DNA from: a virus
Lineage: Duplodnaviria > Caudoviricetes
Length of the DNA stretch: 64,000 nucleotides
Reading direction: 5' to 3' (one strand)
IMG/VR virus record: IMGVR_UViG_3300032213_002110
Span: 1,620-65,619 of that record
Position numbers and translations under genes: made by a program. How positions within the stretch are numbered: position 1 is the stretch's first letter; each line of letters starts with the position of its first letter. Shown here piece after piece: positions 17,723 through 27,352 of this stretch. Under the pieces are notes generated by a model. It was given only the letters and a program-made list of their open reading frames with translations. It had not been told where the DNA came from and ran no database searches.

Positions 17723-18582
17723 TTATCTAACCATCCTTCTTTTTTCCATTGTTGAAATAAATTTTGTTGGTAACCAATATAACTACAAAGTTCTATACCG
17801 TTTCTTCTATTATAAGCATCATGAATATAATCAAAATCATTAAACTTATATATTTTAGAGGATTCTACTGTCAATGATAAGATAAAAGTTCTCAACGGAG
17901 AATCCCCCCATCTCTTTTTATATATATTTCCACTTTTATTAATTTCACTGATTAATAATTGAACCAACTCATTCCTAAAATAGGAAACTTTAATTATTTC
18001 AAAATTGTTATAAATCTGTCTAAGATTATATCGGTCGTTTTCTATTAATTTATCAAAGAAAGTAGATTTAAGATTGTGTTTTCTAACCAAATTGATAAAG
18101 AATTCACCCATTCCAATCACAACCGGCGGCCATTCTGCCAATTCGGCAGTATATCCATACACTTTATTATTCTTATCCAAATAATCAAACAAATCATAAT
18201 CAATCGAACTTTCAATAAATGAATCTGTATCAAGTCTCATATACCAATCATAATCTTGTATATATGAATATACTTCACTGAAAAACAATTGACACATATG
18301 TCTATAACCTATCTTGTATTCGGGTCTACCATCTTCAAATTCTACTTGATTTATACTAAAATCTTTAGATGACTTTAATTCGATAGTTTTAAATTTTAAA
18401 TTAACATATAAATTTTTTAATTCGTCTATAACAGTTATCGGAAAGTCATTTTCAACGAACACTATTACATCACTGTTAATTATATATTTATAATTGTTAT
18501 AAAGTTTTGTCAATGATGACTTTAAATTATCAATTGTTCTGTCGTCTGATTTGGACAAATAACATATAACACTTTTTTTCAT
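17719..18582 (-). CDS. GT15 (Kre2/Mnt1-like) alpha-1,2-mannosyltransferase-like protein
   Basis: GYRHMCQLF, WYMRLDTDSFI, YDLF, IYNNFEI, RWGDSPLRT. Confidence 0.8.
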   Translation of the reverse strand: MKKSVICYLSKSDDRTIDNLKSSLTKLYNNYKYIINSDVIVFVENDFPITVIDELKNLYVNLKFKTIELKSSKDFSINQVEFEDGRPEYKIGYRHMCQLFFSEVYSYIQDYDWYMRLDTDSFIESSIDYDLFDYLDKNNKVYGYTAELAEWPPVVIGMGEFFINLVRKHNLKSTFFDKLIENDRYNLRQIYNNFEIIKVSYFRNELVQLLISEINKSGNIYKKRWGDSPLRTFILSLTVESSKIYKFNDFDYIHDAYNRRNGIELCSYIGYQQNLFQQWKKEGWLDK

Positions 18583-19457
18583 AATATGAATTTAATTGTT
18601 TCCAAAAACTTTTGTTTGTTTATCTTATTTACATGCAAAAAATGTTGTCGTATATTATCACTATTCTTTTTTTGAAATTCAAACAATTCTTCTTTGTTAT
18701 TTAACAATTCGTCAAAGTTAACTTTGTCAACAAAATATCCTTGTCTGTATTTATAATATATTTTAGTATCTAGAAATTCATATCCAATTACTTTTTTATA
18801 TATACCCTTAGTAGGTATAAATTTTACTAATTCTGGATCTAGATATTCCTTAAAAACAGGCACTTCACTGCAAATAACTAATTTACCACAACTCATTGCT
18901 TCCCATAAATAGTGTCCCCATCCTTCATATAAACTACAACATATATGAATATCATGAGAATTTAAATTTTCAACTACTTGATTTTCTGTTAAATATTCAA
19001 TCTCAGAGTCCAATATTTTAACCGAATTACATTTATTAACCAATTCTGTATTTTTTTGTACTGATTTTCCCTTGAAATGTAAAATATTTCTTGTATTTTT
19101 TGGGAAAAACTGCCTATCCATACTAAAAAATCCAGTTTGAATTATAGATGGATGTTCAGAACATAATAAATCTTTAGCATATTTAGATTTAACGATTAAA
19201 TGATCAAATTGTTTCAAAAACAAAATTTCATCTGGATTTAACCATTCTTCATTTATTAGAAGAACATTCTTTTTATTGTTTGATAATTGGTCTGCTTGAA
19301 TGTTCTGTATAAAAATACCTAAATCACTATTTCTATAATTATTCTTTTTAGAAATATCATATGCAATTACATCATATTCATGTAATACATTTTTAATAAG
19401 AATCGCATCATTTACAACTCCTACACCATTATTCCAATAATACAAATTAATTTTCAT
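18579..19457 (-). CDS. GT-B glycosyltransferase (GT4-like)
   Basis: LHFKGKSVQKNT and CSLYEGWGHYLWEAMSCG (E-x7-E). Confidence 0.75.
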   Translation of the reverse strand: MKINLYYWNNGVGVVNDAILIKNVLHEYDVIAYDISKKNNYRNSDLGIFIQNIQADQLSNNKKNVLLINEEWLNPDEILFLKQFDHLIVKSKYAKDLLCSEHPSIIQTGFFSMDRQFFPKNTRNILHFKGKSVQKNTELVNKCNSVKILDSEIEYLTENQVVENLNSHDIHICCSLYEGWGHYLWEAMSCGKLVICSEVPVFKEYLDPELVKFIPTKGIYKKVIGYEFLDTKIYYKYRQGYFVDKVNFDELLNNKEELFEFQKKNSDNIRQHFLHVNKINKQKFLETIKFIL

Positions 19458-20743
19458 TCATGTCTACCCCATTCTTTTCTATCATCATTCCAATAAACAT
19501 AAATTTTTATTTTATCTAAATAAACGCAATCTGTTTCTTTTCCATTTTTTACTACTTTTTTGAAATGATTCGTTTTTACATTGTGTACTTCATTGTTATA
19601 CCATACTTTTTTTATATCATCTGACCAATGTTTTTTATATTCTGTTTCGACTGTATCTAATTGTGATATATCAATTCCATTTTTAAGATTTACAAGTGGT
19701 CCGAAATCAATGTACAAATCTCTGTGATTTAATTGTATATCATTTATATATTTTAAAAAATTTTGGTGTAAATTGTGTGTTTTTTCTTGAATAGCTTTAT
19801 CTTTCCATTCATCAATATAAGATCGTTCTCCCCATATCCTAAAATCCGGTTCAAAAATTTGATATTGTAATCTATTACAATTAAATCTTTTTGCGAATGT
19901 AATAAAGTCTGACAATTGTTCATAATTGTCTTTTTGAATTACCGTACTTATTGCAAAATCTGGAACTTTTATTACGTCTCTTATAAATTCTAGATTTTCT
20001 ATCAATGTTTGAAAATTACCACCTCTTCTAATTTTATGATATACATCAGGAGTAGTTGCATCTACACTAACACTTATAGTATCAATTTTAATTTTTACAA
20101 AATCACTAATCTGATCCCAATATTTTTTGAGTAAAAGTCCATTTGTTAATATTGTTATTCCATTCAAATTAGGAGCGTCTTCATATTTTAAATTAATAAG
20201 AAAATTTCTAAAAGTTGTACTTGCAAATGGATCGCCTGATGGAGTAACTGTTAATCTTCTAGAAGTTTTAATATTTTTTAATATTTGTTCTTGAAATTTA
20301 TTTATATCATCTCTTTCTTTTCCGGTCGCATAAATTAATTCTGATCTACAAGATGGACAACTTAAATTACAAGATCTATCATAAGCTAATTGATAATGTA
20401 AAGGATCATGATTTAATACAATTTTCTCATTTTTTATATCTTCTATTACCTCGTCATACCAAATTTTATTTAATTCTGATTTACGTACTACTTCACCATT
20501 TTTTGATTGTAAAACGGGACATGAATTTTCATTACAATATTTAAAACTTCCGTCTAAAATACTTTTTCTAAATTCTTGAGCATTCTTATCATTCCATATT
20601 TCTTTTAAACTTTTTTTGTGTAAATTTCCTAATTTAAAGTGATTTACCCAGGCAGGACAACAACCCAATACGTCGCCATTAGTCATTATTTGCGCTTCTG
20701 CAAAAGGACGAATACATACATAATCTTGATATTTGTTATTCAT
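19454..20743 (-). CDS. radical SAM protein with N-terminal SPASM/twitch-like domain (paralog 1)
   Basis: CIRPF...GCCPAW...GNL...EIWN...YC...CP, then CNLSCPSC (CxxxCxxC), SGDPF, TNGLL. Confidence 0.85.
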   Translation of the reverse strand: MNNKYQDYVCIRPFAEAQIMTNGDVLGCCPAWVNHFKLGNLHKKSLKEIWNDKNAQEFRKSILDGSFKYCNENSCPVLQSKNGEVVRKSELNKIWYDEVIEDIKNEKIVLNHDPLHYQLAYDRSCNLSCPSCRSELIYATGKERDDINKFQEQILKNIKTSRRLTVTPSGDPFASTTFRNFLINLKYEDAPNLNGITILTNGLLLKKYWDQISDFVKIKIDTISVSVDATTPDVYHKIRRGGNFQTLIENLEFIRDVIKVPDFAISTVIQKDNYEQLSDFITFAKRFNCNRLQYQIFEPDFRIWGERSYIDEWKDKAIQEKTHNLHQNFLKYINDIQLNHRDLYIDFGPLVNLKNGIDISQLDTVETEYKKHWSDDIKKVWYNNEVHNVKTNHFKKVVKNGKETDCVYLDKIKIYVYWNDDRKEWGRHE

Positions 20744-21357
20744 ATTTTAATTATAATAAGACTATTATTTGTAATTTTAATTTCTTGATATGATCTTTTT
20801 GAAATGGTGTCATCAGATAATTTATTAATGAAGTTTAATAAAGTATCAAAATCTTTCTCATTGTATTTTACATTTACTCCATTATTATATGTAAAATCAG
20901 AAACTATATTTTTATTATGCTTTACATTAAAACATTGTAAATCTTCTATTATATAGATGCCTTGACTACTTACATATGGAAAAATAATATTAAATGATTC
21001 AATTGATTTATCAACTTCATGAGATGCATCATCAATCACAAGATCTAAAGGATTATGTTTCGACAATATTTCATTTAATCTAGTAGTATCAGTCTGTGAT
21101 GATTGATATAAACTACAATTATTAATTTGTCGGGTATAACATTCCAAAGAGACATCGATTCCTATCAATTCCGATTCAGGTAAATACTCTCGCAATGTAA
21201 TGAGTCCATTTCCATAATATACACCAAGTTCCAGTGCGGTTTTAATTTCTTTTAATTTAAAAATGGGTTCATAATAATTATGATATGTTTTAGTTCCAAT
21301 TAAATTAATTGATCTATCTGAACCATGTTTTAATCCAATTTCTTGTAAAGTTTTCAT
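20740..21357 (-). CDS. class I SAM-dependent O-methyltransferase (Methyltransf_24-like)
   Basis: ALELGVYYG, IGIDV, DLVIDDASH, GIYIIEDL. Confidence 0.75.
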   Translation of the reverse strand: MKTLQEIGLKHGSDRSINLIGTKTYHNYYEPIFKLKEIKTALELGVYYGNGLITLREYLPESELIGIDVSLECYTRQINNCSLYQSSQTDTTRLNEILSKHNPLDLVIDDASHEVDKSIESFNIIFPYVSSQGIYIIEDLQCFNVKHNKNIVSDFTYNNGVNVKYNEKDFDTLLNFINKLSDDTISKRSYQEIKITNNSLIIIKI

Positions 21358-21359
21358 AT

Positions 21360-21413
21360 TTAATCTTTTGTAAACATTGATTGCGTTGATGCTTTTGATT
21401 CGTATTTTTTCAT
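21360..21413 (-). CDS. 17-aa mini-ORF MKKYESKASTQSMFTKD, absent from the ORF track
   Basis: Starts by ATGA overlap with the radical SAM stop (21410-21413) and ends TAA 2 nt before the methyltransferase ATG, filling the gap exactly. Confidence 0.45.
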   Translation of the reverse strand: MKKYESKASTQSMFTKD

Positions 21414-22486
21414 GTTTTTATATATTCGCTCAAATTGCCAAAATCAATTTTATCATAATTGAAATTTTGATTTATTTTTTCTACAAAATCCAAATGATTA
21501 GCATGATTTTTATCAAAAATGTTATGCTCTTTAAATTGTTCGTCTGTATAAGTACCTCTTCCCCAATTTACAATTCGTGATAAATAACAATAAAAATCAT
21601 ATTTCTTTGCTATGTCTATGAATTTATCAACTTCTTTATAATTTTTGTTTTGAACTACACAATCCAATCTTACAAATTTTAATTTATTTTCTTTATATAG
21701 AGTCGAAATAAATTCTAAATTTTTCATCAATTTATTCCAATCCCCTCCTCGTCTAGTATAATTATAACTTTCTTCAGTTCCTGCATCTAAACTTATAATA
21801 GCTGCAATATGATTATCATGCAATTTATGAAGTTTATTCCAATTTTCTTCAGTAAATAAAACTCCATTAGTTTGTAAATGAATTTTGATATTACTGTTGA
21901 GTTTTCCATCTATTGATTGTAAAAATTCCCAGAATAATTTACTAGCAAATGGATCTCCTGAACCAGTAATATTAACAGTAATTGGACGAGTACACTTGTA
22001 TAAGTATTCTAACAACTTAATTTGAAATAGTCTTTTTAAATTAAAATCTATCGGGTTTATTTTTTCATTTAAAAACCAAAATGTTGGTCTACAAGATGGA
22101 CATTTTAAATTGCAACTAACATCATAACACAAATTAATAAAATCAGCATTTTCAGAAATTAAAACATTATCTTCTATTATTTTTTTGTAATATTCTCCGT
22201 GTTTTCCATCACGAATGTCATTCTTATCAGGCAAAGAACCATTTTGAATCATCGGACATTCAGTTCTATTGCAATATTTAAAACTTCCATCTAAAATACT
22301 TTTTCTAAATTCTTTGGATTTTTCACCATTCCATATGTTTTCAAAATTGGTATCATAATTCATCTTACCCAAATCATTATGATTTACCCAATTTGGGCAA
22401 CAATTATATACTTTTAATCCACCGTCATCATGAATTTCTAAAAATTCCCACGGTCTACCACAAAATTTTTTATTTAAATCTATCAT
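21410..22486 (-). CDS. radical SAM protein with N-terminal SPASM/twitch-like domain (paralog 2)
   Basis: CGRPW...NCCPNW...IWN...YCNRTECP, then CNLKCPSC, GSGDPF, TNGVL. Confidence 0.85.
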   Translation of the reverse strand: MIDLNKKFCGRPWEFLEIHDDGGLKVYNCCPNWVNHNDLGKMNYDTNFENIWNGEKSKEFRKSILDGSFKYCNRTECPMIQNGSLPDKNDIRDGKHGEYYKKIIEDNVLISENADFINLCYDVSCNLKCPSCRPTFWFLNEKINPIDFNLKRLFQIKLLEYLYKCTRPITVNITGSGDPFASKLFWEFLQSIDGKLNSNIKIHLQTNGVLFTEENWNKLHKLHDNHIAAIISLDAGTEESYNYTRRGGDWNKLMKNLEFISTLYKENKLKFVRLDCVVQNKNYKEVDKFIDIAKKYDFYCYLSRIVNWGRGTYTDEQFKEHNIFDKNHANHLDFVEKINQNFNYDKIDFGNLSEYIKT

Positions 22487-25044
22487 AATGATTGATATAT
22501 CTCTGATTCTTTCAATTGTTGTTTAAAATATTCTATTGTTATTTGTTTTCTCTTATCAAACGTCATCAAATATTTATGTGTATCTCTGATTAAATCAATA
22601 TTATTTAATTTTATCGATGCTTCTTTTAATGAATCAAAATAAAATGGATAGTCTTCACCTAGATATTCGATTGTAGCTGGATGTTTATTAATTAATATCG
22701 GAGTACCTCTTGCAATACATTCTATTACAGCATTATTTGCACTGGTATCATACAAATCCAAAAACACAATATTTTTTGATAACAATATATCGTAATCATT
22801 GTTCTCTAAATGATCTATAATTTTTACAGAATCAATTTGTTTCTTACTTAATGTAATGTTATACAAATCTAATTCAATATTAGTTAATCTTAAAATAGTA
22901 TCCTTACATTTATTGTTAGGCATTAATCTAATTTTTTCATATTCTCCACTATCCAACAAGAATATAGAATTTAATTTTCTCAACCACCATCCAATATTAA
23001 CAACTTTTTTGTTTTTATTTTTATAAAAATCATCAAAACTAAATTTCAACTCGGGTATCTCAGTTGGATGATACAATACATTTACAGGAGTATGATGTAA
23101 ATAATGTTTCAAAAATCTTTTATAATAATTTGATAAAACATACAATCCTTTACAATAACTTAATGATTCTTTAAATAATTCATCATTTAGTAATGTTTGG
23201 GGATATGAATTATTATCACTAAACCATAATGGCATATTTGGTGGGTTATGTAAAAACCCAATCCAAGGTTCTTTATATGGTATTATTTTATCCGCAATGT
23301 ATTGATTTTTACGCCAACTAAACGCATTTTCAACAAATCCATCAAAATTAACTCCTAGAGGATTATTAAAATCAGACAAATTATGTACAACATAATCCCA
23401 TCCAGATCTATGTGAATAAAAAGATGTTTGTACTCCTAAGTTAATCTTACCAGAAACATTAGTGTCTTTTATTCTCACCGTCATTTCACCATAATCACCA
23501 ACATATTCTGTTACCGATTTACCTCCAGCATTAATTTTTCTAACATTTTCGTTTATATAGTTAATTCTAATAACAGGAATATTAACCTCTTTGTTATTAG
23601 ATAAAACTTTTATCTCAAATAACTTACATGATAACTTTCTATCATCTGTAGAAAAATTTGTAGTTTTCGATGGTACGAAAAATCCACTTTCAATTACAAT
23701 TTTATTTGTATTTTTTACCGGAATCTTAATACTTTGTTGTCCTTCATTTAGATTAACTACTGATACAATTCCTTTATCATTAACTATTTTAAATATATTA
23801 GATTGAATTACATTTATAATTTCTAATGTTATATAATCAACGTCTTCATTGATATAAATCTCATTTCTATCACTCATCCATTTGAAATAAACATTGTCAG
23901 AAATTTCTAATGAATTTAATCCTTCACCAAAATTAATTAAATCTTTATAATCTATTTTTAGTAATTTTTTTAATAATGATATACAATGATCTTTATCTGA
24001 TATAGCCCATTTATATGTATCATCCAATTTAAATTGGAAAAATACACTTTCATTTGATGATAGTGGAGTTAGTTTATAACCAACTAAACCATTATAATTT
24101 TTACCTAGATATTCTGTATGTCCACCATAACCTGTAATAATTACTTTTTTATCATTATTAAACGCATCAAATGCACCTAAACAAAATCCTTCCGTCTTAG
24201 TTAAATGAAAATAACAGTCTCCAATATCATGTAAAGACTTAATCTCATCATAATTTAAATTGTCTTTAATATAAATTATAGGAGCATGATCATACTTATC
24301 TGTAATGTTTACTATTTCTAATAAACATTTATGTTGTTCTTCTTTGCTATAATTTAATCTAAATGTTTTAACAAACAATACTACTTTATCTGCAGAAGTA
24401 AATGCATTACAAAACGCATCAATTGTTTCAACAATTCCTTTTCTTTCAATAAGTTGACCTATACAATAGAATTTGTAATATTCATTAAGATTTAAACCTG
24501 GAAGATTTTCATCTTTTGATATTACAATACTTTTTTTAGATAATGTTGTAAGTCCAACTTTTTTGTGGGGATAATCTACATATATATGTGGCTCAACTAT
24601 AATAGGCTTGATTACTCCACTATTGATAAAACATTGTTTGTTCCATTCAGTAGGTACACTCACAATATCAACAATACTAGTATTAATTGAATCTACCCAA
24701 GATGGCAATAATTTTTCAAATTCCCATACAGTTCTACCAATAACAATTTTACCTTCCAAATTGATATTAGGGGCATTTTTAATTATTTCTGTCCATATAT
24801 CAGGAGTAGAATGTACAATAATTGTATTATAATTAATATCCGTTAATGTATATGAATTTAAATATTGATGAAATCTATCGTTTTCATTAACTTCATCACT
24901 ACAATTAAAATATTGAGTTTTTACTGGTATCTTTTTACCAATATAATCATAAATATATCCTTTAGCTGCATTAGCATATCCACTGGTACCATTCTGACAA
25001 ATATACAATATAGATTTATCTTTATATGAAAATATATTATCCAT
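22483..25044 (-). CDS. large fused glycosyltransferase (GT4-like N-terminus, spacer domain, second GT-B-like C-terminus)
   Basis: NGTSGYA, GRTVWEFEKLL, IGQLIERKG, TEGFCLGAFDA. The C-terminal part has SHRSGW, WIGFLHNPP, NIGWWLRK and SANNAVIECIARGTP. Confidence 0.7.
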   Translation of the reverse strand: MDNIFSYKDKSILYICQNGTSGYANAAKGYIYDYIGKKIPVKTQYFNCSDEVNENDRFHQYLNSYTLTDINYNTIIVHSTPDIWTEIIKNAPNINLEGKIVIGRTVWEFEKLLPSWVDSINTSIVDIVSVPTEWNKQCFINSGVIKPIIVEPHIYVDYPHKKVGLTTLSKKSIVISKDENLPGLNLNEYYKFYCIGQLIERKGIVETIDAFCNAFTSADKVVLFVKTFRLNYSKEEQHKCLLEIVNITDKYDHAPIIYIKDNLNYDEIKSLHDIGDCYFHLTKTEGFCLGAFDAFNNDKKVIITGYGGHTEYLGKNYNGLVGYKLTPLSSNESVFFQFKLDDTYKWAISDKDHCISLLKKLLKIDYKDLINFGEGLNSLEISDNVYFKWMSDRNEIYINEDVDYITLEIINVIQSNIFKIVNDKGIVSVVNLNEGQQSIKIPVKNTNKIVIESGFFVPSKTTNFSTDDRKLSCKLFEIKVLSNNKEVNIPVIRINYINENVRKINAGGKSVTEYVGDYGEMTVRIKDTNVSGKINLGVQTSFYSHRSGWDYVVHNLSDFNNPLGVNFDGFVENAFSWRKNQYIADKIIPYKEPWIGFLHNPPNMPLWFSDNNSYPQTLLNDELFKESLSYCKGLYVLSNYYKRFLKHYLHHTPVNVLYHPTEIPELKFSFDDFYKNKNKKVVNIGWWLRKLNSIFLLDSGEYEKIRLMPNNKCKDTILRLTNIELDLYNITLSKKQIDSVKIIDHLENNDYDILLSKNIVFLDLYDTSANNAVIECIARGTPILINKHPATIEYLGEDYPFYFDSLKEASIKLNNIDLIRDTHKYLMTFDKRKQITIEYFKQQLKESEIYQSL

Positions 25045-25105
25045 TATAACATTCTTCTTTCTAAGATATAACTATATTGTAAATTGAAATTGAAGGTATA
25101 AACAA

Positions 25106-26056
25106 TTATTTTAAATCCTTGAGTAACTTGGCAATACAAGCCATAAATGTAATTTCACGATTTACAACCATTGCACTTTGATATATGTATTCCGCAAGTG
25201 TCAAAATTACAAGTGACTGTTTACCATTTGAATATTCGTCCACCTTATCAAACAACACTTCATAAATTTCTTCATAATGTTTGATATCACTATCCGCAAT
25301 CAACTGTCTAATATCATTAAAAGCAGTAGAACCACGAATCTTTAATAAGTCTACGATCTTATTCTTAACATCAACATTGGTACTATTCAATTCACTGATC
25401 TTAATTTTACCGTCAAGAACACTCTGTTGACTATAGTTTAGAATCTTGCGGATATCTGGATAGTAAGTATTAACAATATAGCCCAAATCTTCCGGTGTAT
25501 ATTGCACCTTTTCTTTGTCCAAAATCATTTTTAGATGTACCGCCACTTCTTTCTTACTCAACGGTTCAATCTTATATGTCTGACAACGAGAAACTATAGG
25601 GGGGATAATCTTCTCTACATAGTTACAAGTCAAAATAAACCGTGTAGTCAAACTATAAGTTTCCATCATGTTACGAAGAGCTGCTTGAGCTTCTGGACTC
25701 AAGAAATCAGATTCGTCAAGAATAATAACCTTAATCTTCCTAAAACCAACACTACTAGCAAAACCTTTGATTTTTGTTCGTACATTATCTACACTGTTTT
25801 CATCTGATGCGTTGATATACATCACATCACAATCAATATTCTTTGTGATTGCCTTAGCCAGTGTAGTCTTACCAGTGCCAGCAGTACCATAAAACAACAA
25901 ATGAGGAATGTCATGTTTCTCAATATAACCTTTGACAGTATCCTTTAATTGTTGATTTCCAATATAATTCTCTAAAGTGTTGGGACGATACTTCTCAACC
26001 CATAGATAATGTTGCGTTTCAGTCTGTTTAACTTCTTCAAATGCAATAAAACTCAT
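25106..26056 (-). CDS. clamp loader AAA+ subunit (T4 gp44/RFC small subunit-like)
   Basis: LWVEKYRP, YGTAGTGKT, INASDE, IILDESD, QAALRNMME, FILTCNY, IVSRC. Confidence 0.92.
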   Translation of the reverse strand: MSFIAFEEVKQTETQHYLWVEKYRPNTLENYIGNQQLKDTVKGYIEKHDIPHLLFYGTAGTGKTTLAKAITKNIDCDVMYINASDENSVDNVRTKIKGFASSVGFRKIKVIILDESDFLSPEAQAALRNMMETYSLTTRFILTCNYVEKIIPPIVSRCQTYKIEPLSKKEVAVHLKMILDKEKVQYTPEDLGYIVNTYYPDIRKILNYSQQSVLDGKIKISELNSTNVDVKNKIVDLLKIRGSTAFNDIRQLIADSDIKHYEEIYEVLFDKVDEYSNGKQSLVILTLAEYIYQSAMVVNREITFMACIAKLLKDLK

Positions 26057-26065
26057 ATCTTTAAT

Positions 26066-26093
26066 AGTTTACCATAGAGATCCCAAATGTCAA
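26066..26093 (-). promoter_or_regulatory. sigma70-like promoter for the clamp loader gene
   Basis: TTGACA, 16-nt spacer, TGgTAAACT; ATG 9 nt downstream. Confidence 0.6.
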
Positions 26094-26095
26094 CC

Positions 26096-26130
26096 AACAA
26101 AAAACCCCGTATACTTTACAATATACGGGG
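26096..26130 (-). terminator. intrinsic terminator after the sliding clamp gene
   Basis: CCCCGTATA-N8-TATACGGGG stem followed by TTTTTGTT on the minus strand. Confidence 0.8.
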
Positions 26131-26152
26131 GTTTCACATTCATTTATAATTA

Positions 26153-26890
26153 TCAATCTACACTCTTGACTTCAACAAGGTAATATTCAGCAGTAATATC
26201 ACCACATACGAATTCAACACTCGCCAATCCAGCTTCACTAACCTTCAAGTGAGCATTGGTGCAATCCTTGTTAGCAACAAGAATTTCCTTTAGATGATTA
26301 GCATTGAAATTAATGTTCTTGGTAACAGTATCTTTACCTTCAACCGCATTTACTGCCAATTTAATACGGTTACTATTGATACTAGAATAACCAATAATCA
26401 TTTCCAACTTACCTTTCTTATTCATAGTCAATGTAAATGTTTCTACATCAGACAATGCACCCTTAGATGATACGAACTTTGAAATAAATTCTGCATCCAA
26501 TGGAATTTCCACAGTAAATGGAGGAACTTTCTTAAGTGGAGGAGCAGATGGAATCACACTCAAATCTGCAATTACATACTGTACATCAGTAGTTTCATCA
26601 CTAAATACTACACTGGTAAGCTTATCTCCAGTTTTATTATATTCAGCTTTGATGTCATCTTTCAATACACCAAGAAGTTTAACCAACTTAGATGTATCGT
26701 TGATACCCAACTCACCATCTTCCAATTCACTGAAGTTATTGAGAGTAACCTTCAATAGAACATTTTTATCCGCAGTAATTGCATTTGTAATCAATTGTTT
26801 GTTTGATGTATTTGCAACCCACTTTACGGATTCAACTGTTCCGGCTAGATAATATTTATTAATGAATGTTTTTAATGTTTCTTTTGTCAT
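26153..26890 (-). CDS. DNA polymerase sliding clamp (T4 gp45-like)
   Basis: 245 aa two-domain clamp-like sequence (ELGINDTSKLVKLL, NFNANHLKEIL, VSEAGLASVEF) between the polymerase and clamp loader genes. Confidence 0.75.
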   Translation of the reverse strand: MTKETLKTFINKYYLAGTVESVKWVANTSNKQLITNAITADKNVLLKVTLNNFSELEDGELGINDTSKLVKLLGVLKDDIKAEYNKTGDKLTSVVFSDETTDVQYVIADLSVIPSAPPLKKVPPFTVEIPLDAEFISKFVSSKGALSDVETFTLTMNKKGKLEMIIGYSSINSNRIKLAVNAVEGKDTVTKNINFNANHLKEILVANKDCTNAHLKVSEAGLASVEFVCGDITAEYYLVEVKSVD

Positions 26891-26898
26891 ACTTCTTT

Positions 26899-26926
26899 AG
26901 TTTACTATATTTTTATGGTTTGTCTA
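26899..26926 (-). promoter_or_regulatory. sigma70-like promoter for the sliding clamp gene
   Basis: TAGACA, 16-nt spacer, TAAACT; ATG 8 nt downstream. Confidence 0.5.
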
Positions 26927-26930
26927 TTTT

Positions 26931-27347
26931 TTATTTTGATTCAAAATCAAAAAATTCTTTGGCTGTTTCAGTGTAATCATCGGGTAAAATCATACATGAT
27001 GATCCGTCAACTTTATATAAATCACTTGGTGAAATATAAAAACATCCTATCTTATAGTCTGCATATGCGACACTTCTCATTTGATAGTATACTTTTACAT
27101 CACAATCAGTTGTTCTAAATTCAATGTAATATACTTTTGGGTCACTTAATCTATATAACTGACTACACGGTATATGCAATGCATTACAACGGATTTGATT
27201 TTTATTAAATTCTACATATGGTCCCCGTTGTCCTATAACCACTCTGTTATAACCTTTAGAAATAGCAAAATGTGGTGCATTTAGATACAAAGGGATATTT
27301 GATCCATCCTCTATTGGGATGGTTAGCATTTCTTTATATTTACTCAT
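26931..27347 (-). CDS. hypothetical protein in the replication cluster
   Basis: 138 aa, RVVIGQRGPYVEF motif; function unknown. Confidence 0.65.
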   Translation of the reverse strand: MSKYKEMLTIPIEDGSNIPLYLNAPHFAISKGYNRVVIGQRGPYVEFNKNQIRCNALHIPCSQLYRLSDPKVYYIEFRTTDCDVKVYYQMRSVAYADYKIGCFYISPSDLYKVDGSSCMILPDDYTETAKEFFDFESK

Positions 27348-27352
27348 AACAA

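Noticed and set aside
25599-25604. Other G6/C6 runs (also 17904-17909) as phase-variation tracts
   Set aside because: They are short, in frame, and explained by Pro-Pro or Trp-Gly codons.
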